Shown here piece after piece: positions 33,007 through 42,706 of a stretch of 64,000 nt of DNA. Positions within the stretch are counted from its first letter, which is position 1, and every line of letters starts with the position of its first letter. The stretch is from an uncultured Clostridia bacterium (lineage in GTDB: Bacteria > Bacillota > Clostridia > TANB77 > CAG-508), in NCBI GenBank assembly GCA_944393465.1, contig CALYAG010000003.1:40404-104403 (forward strand), written 5' to 3'. The notes under the pieces are model-generated. The model saw nothing but the letters and a program-made list of their open reading frames with translations. It searched no databases and was not told the DNA's origin. The position numbers and the translations under genes were made by a program.

Positions 33007-33086
33007 TAACTTTTCCTCCGTTTATTTCAATTATTCTATTGTATTGTATCATTATTATTTTTAAATTTCCACTATTTTTAAGAAAT

Positions 33087-33120
33087 TTTTTCAGTTGGGG
33101 ACGGTCCTAAATCGAAAAAG
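33087..33120. repeat. Solo (half) copy of the family-1 palindromic repeat arm
   Basis: TTTTCAGTTGGGGACGGTCCTAAATCGAAAAAG with no inverted partner within 700 bp. It directly abuts the GC-rich orphan gene cassette at 33180-33725. Confidence 0.8.
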
Positions 33121-33292
33121 TCAGGTATACCGTTATAAAATACCCGCAATTTCAAAGTCAAAATTTGATTACCAACACTTTATCAAAATTTTGAAAACTA
33201 CTTGACTTAATTTTATTAAAAGTATAATATTTAGTTAAGTTATTTTTCCTCGAAGAGTATTTTTACTCTTCTACAAAGCAAAGGAGAAAATT

Positions 33293-33640
33293 ATGGACGC
33301 TTATTTTTCGAGAGACAACATTCGTATCTGGCGTGATTCGAAAAATAATTCTTTGAATTTTATGTTCATGGAAGACGAAAAAAATTGCGTCAAACAACCT
33401 CATATCTTTTCTAAGCAGGATGTGCTTAACTTTATGATGCCGTACATTTATGAGCTTGCCTATTTTGAGGCTTATGGTGAGCCTTATATTGTCCAAGAAT
33501 ATCAAAAAGCAATTAACTTTAAAGATTCTCTTGAAGATTGGCTTAACTCATGCATTGCCTATGGAATCATGACGCTTACCGAAGCTAGTCTTGTTCTTAG
33601 TGAGCTTTATCTACCCAACGAAAAATTTTCTCCAATCTAA
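33293..33640 (+). CDS. Orphan small hypothetical protein (115 aa) in a GC-rich island with its own promoter and terminator
   Basis: ATG behind AAAGGAGAAAATT. The sequence MDAYFSRDNIRIWRDS... has no recognisable family. Local GC is ~40% vs ~28% in flanks. Candidate promoter TTGACT(33202)-N16-TATAAT(33224-33229). Two hairpins follow downstream. Confidence 0.55.
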   Translation: MDAYFSRDNIRIWRDSKNNSLNFMFMEDEKNCVKQPHIFSKQDVLNFMMPYIYELAYFEAYGEPYIVQEYQKAINFKDSLEDWLNSCIAYGIMTLTEASLVLSELYLPNEKFSPI

Positions 33641-33685
33641 TCTACCTTTGTAGATTAGAATTCTACCTATATTATTTAAAAGCAG

Positions 33686-33722
33686 CAAATCGGTATCTCT
33701 TTCGAGGTACCGATTCGCTTTT
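33686..33722 (+). terminator. Intrinsic terminator after the orphan gene
   Basis: GCAAATCGGTATCTCTTTCGAGGTACCGATTCGC followed by TTTTTAC. A second perfect hairpin, AATCTAATCTACCTTTGTAGATTAGAATT, lies at 33634-33662. Confidence 0.6.
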
Positions 33723-33784
33723 TACTATTTGACTTTTTTGTTAAATAATAATTTATTCAAAAAGTTTTGTTTTAATATTTTAAA

Positions 33785-35356
33785 TTATTTTTTCATCATA
33801 TCTTTTATTGCTTCAACTTCTTTATCTGCATTTAATCTCATAAATATTGGCTCGCCTTTTTCTATTACCTTTGTATTCTTTATGTCTTTATATTCTTTCA
33901 AAGAATCCCATGTAACATTATTGCTCATTCCAAGTTGTCTTAACATATTGTCTGATGTATCTTCCATTAGTGGTCTAATTAAAATTGCAATTTCTCTTAA
34001 ATTAGCAACCAAGTGGTAAATGCAAGATTTTAATTTTTCTTTGCTTTCTTCATCTTTTGCTAAAGCCCAAGGTGAAGTTTCATCTATATATTTGTTTGTT
34101 CTAGAAATATAGCTCCAAATTGCTTTCAAACTATTTGCAAATTCAAAGTTATTTATTTCATTTTCAAAATTTGTAATTGCATCCTTTGAAGCCTTTTCCA
34201 AATCTTCATCTACTTCGTTTTGAAGACCATTATATTCTGGAACTTTGCCATCAAAATATTTGTTAACCATTGAAATTGTTCTATTTAATAAATTACTTAA
34301 GTCATTACATAAATCAAAATTGTATCTTTCAACAAATTCTTCTGGCGAGAATAATCCATCTTGCGATGTTGGTAATTCTCTTATTAAGAAATATTTTGTA
34401 GCATCCAAGCCATATCTTTCTATAAGTTGGTCTGGGTAAATAACATTTCCTTTTGATTTGCTCATTTTACCATCTTTCATAACAAACCAGTTGTGAACAA
34501 ATATTGTTTTTGGAAGTGGCAAATCTAGTGCCATTAAAAATATAGGCCAATAAATTAAGTGAAATCTTGCAATATCTTTTCCAACTAAATGAACATCTGC
34601 TGGCCAATATTTTTTAAACTTGCTATCATCATCTGATAAATATCCAAGTGCTGTAATATAATTTGTTAAAGCATCAAGCCATACATATATAACGTGCTTT
34701 GGATCACTTTTAACTTTTATACCCCAATCAAAAGATGTTCTTGTAACACACAAATCTTCTAGCCCTGGTTTTATAAAGTTATTAATCATTTCTGTTTTTC
34801 TATACTCTGGTTTTATAAAATCTGGATGAGTATTGTAATATTCTAAAAGCCTGTCTGCATATTTTTTCATGTTGAAGAAGTATGCTTCTTCTTTCATTTT
34901 TGTAACTTCTCTGCCACAGTCTGGGCATTTGCCATCAACTAATTGTGTTTCTGTAAAATATGATTCACAAGGCTTACAATACCAGCCTTCATATTCACCT
35001 TTGTAAATATCTCCTTGTTTTAGAAATCTTTCAAATATTTCTTGAACGGCTTTGCAGTGGTATTCATCAGTTGTTCTCATGAATATATCATAGTCTATTT
35101 TCATAGTTTTCCATAGTTTTTTTGCTGCGTCTGCTTGAACATCTACATACTCTTGAGGAGACATATTTTCATCTTTTGCCTTATCCTCTATTTTTTGTCC
35201 ATGCTCATCTACACCAGTTAGCATTAGGCAGTCATATCCTTGCATTTTTTTAAGCCTCTTTAACATATCTGCTAAAGTTGTTACATAAGCTGTACCAATG
35301 TGGAATTTGCCACTTGGATAGTAAATTGGTGTTGTGACATAATAATTTTTGTCCAT
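33785..35356 (-). CDS. metG: Methionine--tRNA ligase (short form without the C-terminal tRNA-binding domain)
   Basis: HIGH motif (YYPSGKFHIGTAY), zinc knuckle CPDCG, KMSKS. The track ORF reads into the repeat element. The start is placed at the ATG at 35356 (MDKNYYVTTPIYY). Confidence 0.9.
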   Translation of the reverse strand: MDKNYYVTTPIYYPSGKFHIGTAYVTTLADMLKRLKKMQGYDCLMLTGVDEHGQKIEDKAKDENMSPQEYVDVQADAAKKLWKTMKIDYDIFMRTTDEYHCKAVQEIFERFLKQGDIYKGEYEGWYCKPCESYFTETQLVDGKCPDCGREVTKMKEEAYFFNMKKYADRLLEYYNTHPDFIKPEYRKTEMINNFIKPGLEDLCVTRTSFDWGIKVKSDPKHVIYVWLDALTNYITALGYLSDDDSKFKKYWPADVHLVGKDIARFHLIYWPIFLMALDLPLPKTIFVHNWFVMKDGKMSKSKGNVIYPDQLIERYGLDATKYFLIRELPTSQDGLFSPEEFVERYNFDLCNDLSNLLNRTISMVNKYFDGKVPEYNGLQNEVDEDLEKASKDAITNFENEINNFEFANSLKAIWSYISRTNKYIDETSPWALAKDEESKEKLKSCIYHLVANLREIAILIRPLMEDTSDNMLRQLGMSNNVTWDSLKEYKDIKNTKVIEKGEPIFMRLNADKEVEAIKDMMKK

Positions 35357-35370
35357 AATATTCTCCTCCT

Positions 35371-35588
35371 TTTTTTCAGTTGGGGACGGTCCTAAATCGA
35401 AAATTTTCATTTAAGGTCCGTCCCTGATTGAACTATATTTTCATTATAGCACATCAATCCTACAAAATCTACATTTTGGGAAATTTTTTTCAGTTGGGGA
35501 CGGTCCTAAATCGAAAAAATCTGTCAATATAGTTGTCCCGTTTAACACAATTTATTTTTTCGATTTAGGACCGTCCCCAACTGAAAAA
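35371..35588. repeat. Palindromic dispersed repeat element (family 1, composite: two direct arms, a degenerate arm and an inverted arm)
   Basis: Arms at 35373-35404 and 35487-35519, the inverted arm at 35556-35588, and a degenerate AGGTCCGTCCCTGATTG. It lies in the metG 5' leader / ABC permease 3' end. Confidence 0.85.
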
Positions 35589-35589
35589 G

Positions 35590-38268
35590 TTATATATTAT
35601 CCTTCCTAATTGTTTCAATTATATTTTGCTTATTTATTTTGTTTAGCGAATACTTCATTATTCCTCCAATTAGCAAGAATACTACTATTACAGCTACAAC
35701 TGTTGGCATCACTGGGAATGTGTATTCCATTAAAATTCCTTCTCTAAATGCTAAGTATAAAAAGTATGAACCCAATATTCCAATTGGTACACCTATTATG
35801 ATTGACTTTAGTCCATAGAATATACTTTCTAGTCTAATCATTCTATTGAATTCTTTTTTAGTCATTCCAATTGATTTTAGATTTGCAAATTCTTTGCTTC
35901 TTAAATTCATATTACTTGTTATTGTGTTAAATATGTTTGTTACACCTATTAATGAAATTACTATTATAAATCCATACAAGAATATTGCTATTATTAATAT
36001 TAATGAGTTTTGTCTATCCGCTTCTTCCTGTATGTTTACAGTATAGACATTTTGGTAATTTGCTTTTATATCTTTTTCTAATTCGGATGCGTTATCGGCA
36101 TTTACATATAATGTCCCAAAAATCCAGTCAAATTGATTTATAAATTCATCACTTACTATCATTGTTCCTTGTGTAAAAGATGTTGTTTCTAATCCCATTG
36201 GCTTTTTGGCTGTTTGTGCAATAATTGGTGCTGTAACGTCTTTAACAACTTCTGCATCATTTCCAGATACATCAAAGGTTATTTCGTCGCCTCTATTGTA
36301 ATCATATATTTCTCCAATGTATTTTTTATAGCTTCCGTCTTCATTATAAATATATCTTTCAAAATCATCTATCCAAATTATTTTGTCTTTTGCGTCATCA
36401 TAGTTTAGTCCTAAATCTTTAATATATCTTTGATATTCGTCATCTCCAAGTGCTAGCATTACCACTTGGTAATTTACATCTTCTCCATTTTCTATTGCTT
36501 CTGAATATTGTGATGTTAGGTTTGTTAAATATTCTACACCATCTTTTGATAGTTTTAAATCTTTTGTGCTCATGCTTATAAATAAATGTTTTGTTATTGT
36601 ATATGAATTTACTCTTTCGTCTTGAGCTATTTTTTTATAAGTATTATATGCCCCATTTTTATCTATATTGCTTGCACTTATTGATACTTGCAAATTATAT
36701 TTGTAGTCTGTTAAAGCCTGATTTGATACTGTAAAACTGTATTGCACTAGTGATGTTATTGATATAAATATAGCTATGCTAACTACTAAAGATATTACTG
36801 TTGTACGATATTTTTTTCTGTTTCTTTTCAAATTTTTGTATGCTATATCTCCACCTACACCAAATATTTTTTTAATAATTTTTGGAGATTTTACTTTTTT
36901 GCCTTTTATTTTTATATCTTCATTACTTCTTATTGCATCTATTGGAGATAATTTTGCTGCTCTTCTTGCTGATGCTCTGCAAGAAAAATAGATTGTTATT
37001 ACTGCTAATATTATTGAAAATATTATGGCTGTAATAGGTACTGAATATATAAATGTTACATCATCTATAACCTTTCCAATCAAGTTGTTTAATACTATTG
37101 ATAATATCCAGTTTACTAATATTCCAAGTAATATTCCTGATGGAATTCCTATTAAACCTAGTATTGCGCCTTCAAATAGTACATTTTTCCTTATTTGCTT
37201 TTTGGTTGCTCCTATTGATGATAGCATTCCATATTGCCTTGTTCTTTCGGTTATTGATATTGCAAAACTATTTCTTATAACAAATACACTTGAAATTATT
37301 ATAATAGCTACAACTACAACTCCTACTAAATAGAGCATTCTCATATATGAGTTGTTTACACCAACGCCTTCAAACTGTAATACACTTGTATTTAAACTTA
37401 TATTGTATTTGCTTCCTATATCTTCTTTTGCCATTCCTGTACTTAGTTCCATTATTCCAATGTAGCTATTGGCTTTTTGTTCTTCTGCATTTAGTCCTAA
37501 TATATTACATAATACTTCTTCGTAATTTTTCACACCCTTTTTTGTGAAATTTGCATATATATTAGCTGTACTTCCTAAATTATTCACATCTAAATATGTT
37601 AGAGCTGTGAAACCCGGCGCAGAATATGGCTCTAATGTATAATTAAGTCTTTCCATTATACCGACAATTGTATAAGTTTTTGTATACATAGTTTCTAAAT
37701 ATTCATCTTGTGTGTAAATATCATCTTGTGTAAGTTCTTTTCCGTCTAGTAACCTTTTTGAAATATCTAATGTTAATTTATCTCCTAGTTTTAATGGATT
37801 TTCTGGCTCACTTAATTCTAATTGGTTACCTTCTACTTGCATATAATCATAAATATTTTTACTTATAACTATTTCGTTACTATTGGTTGGAAATCTGCCT
37901 TCTGTTAATTTTATAGGAAGTTTAGTTTGTGCACCATTATCTATACCAACTATATAAAAATATGGTTTATCTTCATTTGTTGACTCATTAAACCTTGCAT
38001 ATCCTATATTTGATGTTAAGAAATAACTGTCTATATTTCTATTTTCTTCTATATATGACAAATCTTCTGTTGGTACATCTTTGAATTCTACCTGAAAGTC
38101 ACCATTATTTTTTATAAAATAGTCTTGTAATGTTGCTTTTCCACTAGTTACCATACCAGCAACAACTGTAATTAATGCTGTTGATAGCAATATGCCTATT
38201 ATTGTAACTAAGGTTCGCTTTTTATTAAGCTTTAGGCTCTTTATGGTTAATTTATTTAAGATTTTCAT
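35590..38268 (-). CDS. ABC transporter permease, FtsX/MacB family (two FtsX 4-TM modules with large extracytoplasmic domains)
   Basis: 892 aa. An N-terminal TM, a large extracellular domain, 4 TM, a second extracellular domain, and 4 TM. Pairs with the upstream ATPase. Confidence 0.85.
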   Translation of the reverse strand: MKILNKLTIKSLKLNKKRTLVTIIGILLSTALITVVAGMVTSGKATLQDYFIKNNGDFQVEFKDVPTEDLSYIEENRNIDSYFLTSNIGYARFNESTNEDKPYFYIVGIDNGAQTKLPIKLTEGRFPTNSNEIVISKNIYDYMQVEGNQLELSEPENPLKLGDKLTLDISKRLLDGKELTQDDIYTQDEYLETMYTKTYTIVGIMERLNYTLEPYSAPGFTALTYLDVNNLGSTANIYANFTKKGVKNYEEVLCNILGLNAEEQKANSYIGIMELSTGMAKEDIGSKYNISLNTSVLQFEGVGVNNSYMRMLYLVGVVVVAIIIISSVFVIRNSFAISITERTRQYGMLSSIGATKKQIRKNVLFEGAILGLIGIPSGILLGILVNWILSIVLNNLIGKVIDDVTFIYSVPITAIIFSIILAVITIYFSCRASARRAAKLSPIDAIRSNEDIKIKGKKVKSPKIIKKIFGVGGDIAYKNLKRNRKKYRTTVISLVVSIAIFISITSLVQYSFTVSNQALTDYKYNLQVSISASNIDKNGAYNTYKKIAQDERVNSYTITKHLFISMSTKDLKLSKDGVEYLTNLTSQYSEAIENGEDVNYQVVMLALGDDEYQRYIKDLGLNYDDAKDKIIWIDDFERYIYNEDGSYKKYIGEIYDYNRGDEITFDVSGNDAEVVKDVTAPIIAQTAKKPMGLETTSFTQGTMIVSDEFINQFDWIFGTLYVNADNASELEKDIKANYQNVYTVNIQEEADRQNSLILIIAIFLYGFIIVISLIGVTNIFNTITSNMNLRSKEFANLKSIGMTKKEFNRMIRLESIFYGLKSIIIGVPIGILGSYFLYLAFREGILMEYTFPVMPTVVAVIVVFLLIGGIMKYSLNKINKQNIIETIRKDNI

Positions 38269-38321
38269 AATTTTCTCCTTTTCTAATTTTTTAGATAACT
38301 ATCCGCCTGAAAAATATTTGG

Positions 38322-38987
38322 CTAATTTATTATCCTTCCATCTTCAATTGTTAGTACCCTATCTGCCTGATTTGCTATTTCTAAGTTGTGAGTAATCATA
38401 ATTATAGTTTGTTTGTATTTTTTATTTGTCATTTTTAAAAGTTCTACTATTTCCTCACTAGATTTTGAATCTAAGTTTCCTGTTGGCTCATCTGCTAATA
38501 TAATTGCAGGATTATTTATCAAAGCTCTTCCTATTGAAACTCTTTGCTGTTGTCCTCCTGAAAGCTCATTTGGAAGATGTTTTCTTCTATTTTCTAATCC
38601 TAAGCTTTTTAGCAATTCATTTAGTCTATTTTCATCAACTTTGTTTCCATCTAAATCGCAAGGCAGTGTTATATTTTCTTCAACATTTAATATTGGTATT
38701 AAATTATAAAATTGATAAATTATTCCTACTTGCCTTCTTCTAAATATTGCTAAGTTGTCATCATTTAATGAATAAATATCTTTTCCATCAACATAAACTT
38801 TTCCTGATGTAGGTCTGTCAACTCCACCTAGTAGATGTAAAAGTGTTGATTTTCCGCTTCCAGAACTTCCTACTATTGCAAGGAATTCTCCTTTTTCTAC
38901 TGAAAAGCTTACATTATCTACTGCAATAACTTCACTTTCTCCTTTTCCATATTTTTTTGTTAAATTCTCAGCTCTTAAAATTTCCAT
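38322..38987 (-). CDS. ABC transporter ATP-binding protein (MacB/LolD-like)
   Basis: Walker A GSSGSGKST, signature LSGGQQQR, Walker B ILADEPT. The start is placed at the ATG at 38987 (MEILRAENL...) with AAGGAAGGAG 8 nt upstream. The track ORF's TTG at 39023 is less likely. Confidence 0.9.
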   Translation of the reverse strand: MEILRAENLTKKYGKGESEVIAVDNVSFSVEKGEFLAIVGSSGSGKSTLLHLLGGVDRPTSGKVYVDGKDIYSLNDDNLAIFRRRQVGIIYQFYNLIPILNVEENITLPCDLDGNKVDENRLNELLKSLGLENRRKHLPNELSGGQQQRVSIGRALINNPAIILADEPTGNLDSKSSEEIVELLKMTNKKYKQTIIMITHNLEIANQADRVLTIEDGRIIN

Positions 38988-39087
38988 TTTAACGGCTCCT
39001 TCCTTTAATTTATTTTTTATCAAAGTAAACTTTAAAATTTGTTCTATTAATAGAATTTTTCAATAAAAGTTTTTTGTTTTTACTAAT

Positions 39088-39124
39088 TATATTATAGTGA
39101 CTTAAAGTGACTTTAAAATGACAT
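39088..39124 (-). promoter_or_regulatory. Candidate response-regulator box (three GTCA/AGTCAC repeats) fused to a TATAAT -10 for the ABC transporter operon
   Basis: The minus strand reads TGTCATTTTAAAGTCACTTTAAGTCAC-TATAAT about 60 nt upstream of the ATPase start. The direct-repeat half-sites abutting the -10 are typical of OmpR-family activator sites. Confidence 0.45.
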
Positions 39125-39240
39125 AAATAAAATTTATTATAGGTTGCAAATTGCACAAACATTTTAATAAAGGCTTTAATATTGTATCTATTTACACACA
39201 AAAAAGATGCTGACATTATCAACATCTTTATATATTTTAT

Positions 39241-39768
39241 TTAAAAAATAACTTCAAAAATCTCTGCTGGTTTCATATCTCCACAATCACAAATAGATTG
39301 AAAAGCCATTTTGTGTGCAACAACAATTACTGTATCATAATTTTCTTTATATTTATTAATAACAGACATGACTCTATTTCTTAATTGCTCTTTTGTTTCC
39401 CACTTTCTTTTTTCGCCAACTGGATATACTCCATCATTTTTTATGTAATCATTATAATATTTCTGCATTTCTTCATTATTTTTGTATTGATATGTAAGAT
39501 CAGGTTGCCATTCTCTTATATCTGGCTCAATAACAATATCCAATCCTGTCTCCTTAGATATTATACTAGCCGTTTGTAATGCTCTTGTATATGGTGAAGA
39601 AACAATAATTTGTGCTTTCTTTAATCTTTTATCTTTTGATGTTTTTATTACCTCTCCTATCCTATCTTCTTTTAATGGTGCTAAATCATGTCCTTGCCCT
39701 ATAAATCCGTGAGTATCTCCATATGAATAATCTGGTTTGCCATGTCTAATTAAATAAAATGTTGCCAT
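39241..39768 (-). CDS. Histidine phosphatase family protein (phosphoglycerate-mutase-like)
   Basis: 175 aa. The N-terminal LIRHGK motif (RHG catalytic His), the conserved Arg and the later VAH are present. Confidence 0.8.
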   Translation of the reverse strand: MATFYLIRHGKPDYSYGDTHGFIGQGHDLAPLKEDRIGEVIKTSKDKRLKKAQIIVSSPYTRALQTASIISKETGLDIVIEPDIREWQPDLTYQYKNNEEMQKYYNDYIKNDGVYPVGEKRKWETKEQLRNRVMSVINKYKENYDTVIVVAHKMAFQSICDCGDMKPAEIFEVIF

Positions 39769-39807
39769 ATTTATTCCTCCAAATAATATATTTGATTGCT
39801 GAATTTT

Positions 39808-41154
39808 TTATCTTTCATAAAAATATATTTTAAAAGTAGTTCCTTTATGTAAAACTGATGAACAAGATATGCTAGCATTTTGTTTTTCTAATATAGTTTT
39901 TGAAAGTGATAAGCCTATTCCAAAGCTGTTTTCTGAAGAATTTTTTCCTTTATAAAATCTTTCAAAAATATGCTTTAAATCTTTTTCGTCTATGCCTTCT
40001 CCCTCATCTTCTATTATTAGTTCTGTATAAACATTAGTCACTCTTATTTGTATATGTATTTTTTTACTTTCTTGTGTATGTTCAATGCAATTTTTTATTA
40101 TGTTTGTGACCGCTTCTAGCGTCCACCTATAATCACCAATAACTTCTAGACTTGCTTTATTTAATTTATTGTTTTTAGCTGAATTATTATTTAGATTTTT
40201 TTCTTTATTAACCTCGCTTACTTCGTCAAAATTAGTTTCCACTTGTATATTTTTTATTTCTAGTGGTATTTCTAAGTTTTTTATTGCATTTTGCACTAAC
40301 ACATCTAACCTATATTTGCTTTTTTCAAATTCAACTGTTCCACTATCCAATTTTGAAAGTTTTAAAAGTGCAATTGTTAAAAAGCTTATTTGCTCGGCTT
40401 GTCTACTTATCTCAAAAATAAATCTTTGCCTTGTTTCTTCATCCATATTTTGATTGTCTTTTAGTTCATCAAGCATTATTGAAATAGATGTTAAAGGTGT
40501 TTTTATTTGATGAGAAATATCTGACAGACTCTTTGCTAAAAATTTCTTATCTTTTTTAGAGTTTTCTGCTTCTTCTTTTAGCATTAATGTTATTTTGTAT
40601 AATTCATTTCTTAAATTTGATAGCTCATCTTCTGCATTTTCTTTTATTTTTAGTTCATAATTTTTGTTGTTTATTTCTCTTATATATTTTGTTATTCCAT
40701 CTATTTTTCTTTTTTGCATTATTCTACTTACTAGCCATATTGCTATTATTGCTAGTACTAGAACCCCTATTACTATCCCAGAATATATAATTGTGTTATT
40801 TTGCATTTTTTCTAAACTCAAAATTGCAGATTCGTTTTCGGTTATTCCATATTTTTGAACTAATTCTTTGCCGATTTCTGCCTTTGAATTTACATTTTCA
40901 TTTAAGTTGTTATTACTATTTGATGTTTCAGTATTATATGTTGAACTTACCGCCTCAGAATTATTTAAAATTCTTATTATCTCCTCATCTGATACTTCTG
41001 GGTAATTTTCTCTAATTGTACCTATAAGAGCATATACCTGCTCGTTATATTCTTGTATTTGCAAATTATATGAATTGTTTAATATTATACCATTTACTAC
41101 GACTGCTATTATTAGAAGTACTAATGTTAGTACAATAAACTTAGTTTTTTTCAT
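39808..41154 (-). CDS. Sensor histidine kinase (two TM helices flanking a ~100-aa extracytoplasmic loop; HisKA plus HATPase_c)
   Basis: 448 aa with an H-box SDISHQIKTPLTSI and N/G boxes (IEDEGEGI, GIGLSL). Confidence 0.85.
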   Translation of the reverse strand: MKKTKFIVLTLVLLIIAVVVNGIILNNSYNLQIQEYNEQVYALIGTIRENYPEVSDEEIIRILNNSEAVSSTYNTETSNSNNNLNENVNSKAEIGKELVQKYGITENESAILSLEKMQNNTIIYSGIVIGVLVLAIIAIWLVSRIMQKRKIDGITKYIREINNKNYELKIKENAEDELSNLRNELYKITLMLKEEAENSKKDKKFLAKSLSDISHQIKTPLTSISIMLDELKDNQNMDEETRQRFIFEISRQAEQISFLTIALLKLSKLDSGTVEFEKSKYRLDVLVQNAIKNLEIPLEIKNIQVETNFDEVSEVNKEKNLNNNSAKNNKLNKASLEVIGDYRWTLEAVTNIIKNCIEHTQESKKIHIQIRVTNVYTELIIEDEGEGIDEKDLKHIFERFYKGKNSSENSFGIGLSLSKTILEKQNASISCSSVLHKGTTFKIYFYER

Positions 41155-41205
41155 CTGCCTTAAATTTACTCCTTTATAATGTTTTTGTGTGGTGTCACTT
41201 ATTAA

Positions 41206-41931
41206 TTATTTTTCATCTACTTTGTATCCTACTCCTCTAATTGTTTTTATTATTTTACCATCTGTGTCTCCAAGTTTTTCTCTAATTCTTTTTATATATA
41301 CTGTTAATGTATTGTCATTTACAAAATTTCCTGCCAAGTCCCATATTTTATTTAATATTGCTTCTCTTGTAACTAATTTATTTTTATTGGTAAATAGCAT
41401 TAGAAGTATTTTGAATTCTAAACTTGTAAGTTCTATAGATTTGCCATCTTTTTTTACTTCCATATTTTCTGTATCTAGAATTATTCCATTGCACTCAATT
41501 GTTGATGATGAAAGCTTGTTGTATCTTCTAAGTGCCACTTTTATTCTTGAAATTAATTCTTTAACTCTAAATGGCTTTACTATATAATCTTCTGCACCTA
41601 GATCTAAACCTTTAACTATATCTATTTCTTCATCTCGTGCTGTTAAAAATATGACTGGTACATCTTCTTTTTTCTTTAATTCCTTAAAAAAGTCAAAACC
41701 ATTTCCATCTGGAAGTGTTATATCTAATAATATTAGGTCAATTTTTGAGATATCCTTATTTTTCGTTTCTTTGGCTTTGTTTATTTCAAATTCTCTACCT
41801 TGATTTATTATGCATTTTTCTGCTTCTGTTATTGTTTTTGCTGTTATTACTCTAAATCCTTCTTGCTCTAACGAATATTTTAGTCCCATTATTATTGCGT
41901 CACTGTCTTCTACTAATAAAATTGTGTTCAT
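41206..41931 (-). CDS. Response regulator, OmpR/PhoB family (winged-helix DNA-binding)
   Basis: 241 aa with a receiver Asp in LILLDITLPDGNGF and a C-terminal trans_reg_C (YIKRIREKL). Confidence 0.9.
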   Translation of the reverse strand: MNTILLVEDSDAIIMGLKYSLEQEGFRVITAKTITEAEKCIINQGREFEINKAKETKNKDISKIDLILLDITLPDGNGFDFFKELKKKEDVPVIFLTARDEEIDIVKGLDLGAEDYIVKPFRVKELISRIKVALRRYNKLSSSTIECNGIILDTENMEVKKDGKSIELTSLEFKILLMLFTNKNKLVTREAILNKIWDLAGNFVNDNTLTVYIKRIREKLGDTDGKIIKTIRGVGYKVDEK

Positions 41932-42161
41932 ATTCTCCCCTTTTTATCTTTTTAAACTTTTTTGAATTTTCTTTATAAAATCTATTTTTACTTGTTCTAT
42001 TATAACAAGTTTTTTCTTATGTTTCAATTGAAATTTTATTAAGTTTTTTGACTATGACAAAACTCTTAATAACGTATCTTAAAAATTAGTCAAAATAAAG
42101 AAACAGTCATTAATTAAATTTTGCATTATATCAATCAGTTTGAATTTGTATTATGTCAAAT

Positions 42162-42190
42162 TTGCCAAATACAATTATTTGTGCTATAAT
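42162..42190 (+). promoter_or_regulatory. Near-consensus sigma-A promoter for the GC-rich orphan gene
   Basis: TTGCCA(42162-42167)-N17-TGcTATAAT(42185-42190), followed by the GGAGG RBS and the ATG at 42222. Confidence 0.6.
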
Positions 42191-42221
42191 ATATGTATTA
42201 CTCTATTGGAGGTGTATATTA

Positions 42222-42665
42222 ATGATCATCAAGCAAAACGGACTAGAAAATGTAGAAGGACAGAAAGTCATAACATCAGAGAAGCTATTCGACGTACTTG
42301 TCGGTGCTTTGTACGCAAGTGATTTTTCTGGACAAACTTCTGTGGGAGACTTGCAGCTTATGGCAGCAATCTATCGAGATTTGCCTAGATTTGATTTAAA
42401 GTCAAAGTATGGCGATCGAGGTCTCGTTACTCGGTTGCTAACAGACTTTATAAAATCAAACCCGCAAAAGCGTGGAAACACAGGTAAGCTGGTTTCCGCA
42501 GAATTCATCTTTGTTGACGGGAAATCTCGCTCAAAGAAATTGAAGGCAAAGGCAATCAAGTTAATCACATTAGGCAGAGATAAAGGAGAAGAGGAGAAAA
42601 TTGAAAACCTCTCCTCAACATTGTCCGCCTACTGCCTGCATTACCTTTTCGGTTTTGCACAGTAA
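42222..42665 (+). CDS. Orphan small hypothetical protein (147 aa) in a GC-rich island
   Basis: The ATG at 42222 follows GGAGGTGTATATTA. The track ORF starts earlier at an alternative codon. ~43% GC vs ~28% flanks, with codon usage (CGA, CTC, GGT-rich) unlike neighbours. No recognisable motifs. A strong terminator follows. Confidence 0.55.
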   Translation: MIIKQNGLENVEGQKVITSEKLFDVLVGALYASDFSGQTSVGDLQLMAAIYRDLPRFDLKSKYGDRGLVTRLLTDFIKSNPQKRGNTGKLVSAEFIFVDGKSRSKKLKAKAIKLITLGRDKGEEEKIENLSSTLSAYCLHYLFGFAQ

Positions 42666-42671
42666 TTACAC

Positions 42672-42706
42672 CAAAAGCCGGGGAGCACCTGCTCCCCGGC
42701 TTCATT
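42672..42706. terminator. Bidirectional intrinsic terminator between the convergent orphan gene and clpX
   Basis: AAAAGCCGGGGAGCACCTGCTCCCCGGCTTCATTTT: a 10-bp GC-rich stem flanked by an A-run and a U-run. Confidence 0.75.

Noticed and set aside
39023-39023. The TTG start proposed by the track for the ABC ATPase
   Set aside because: The in-frame ATG at 38987 has a strong AAGGAAGGAG RBS and gives the canonical ABC N-terminus (MEILRAENL...). The 12 extra residues are probably not translated.
42153-42221. The upstream alternative start of the GC-rich orphan ORF (the track's 170-aa version), and the antisense ORF 42371-42568
   Set aside because: The ATG at 42222 has a perfect GGAGG RBS and sits just after the promoter -10. 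The upstream extension would begin inside the promoter. The antisense ORF has no start context.
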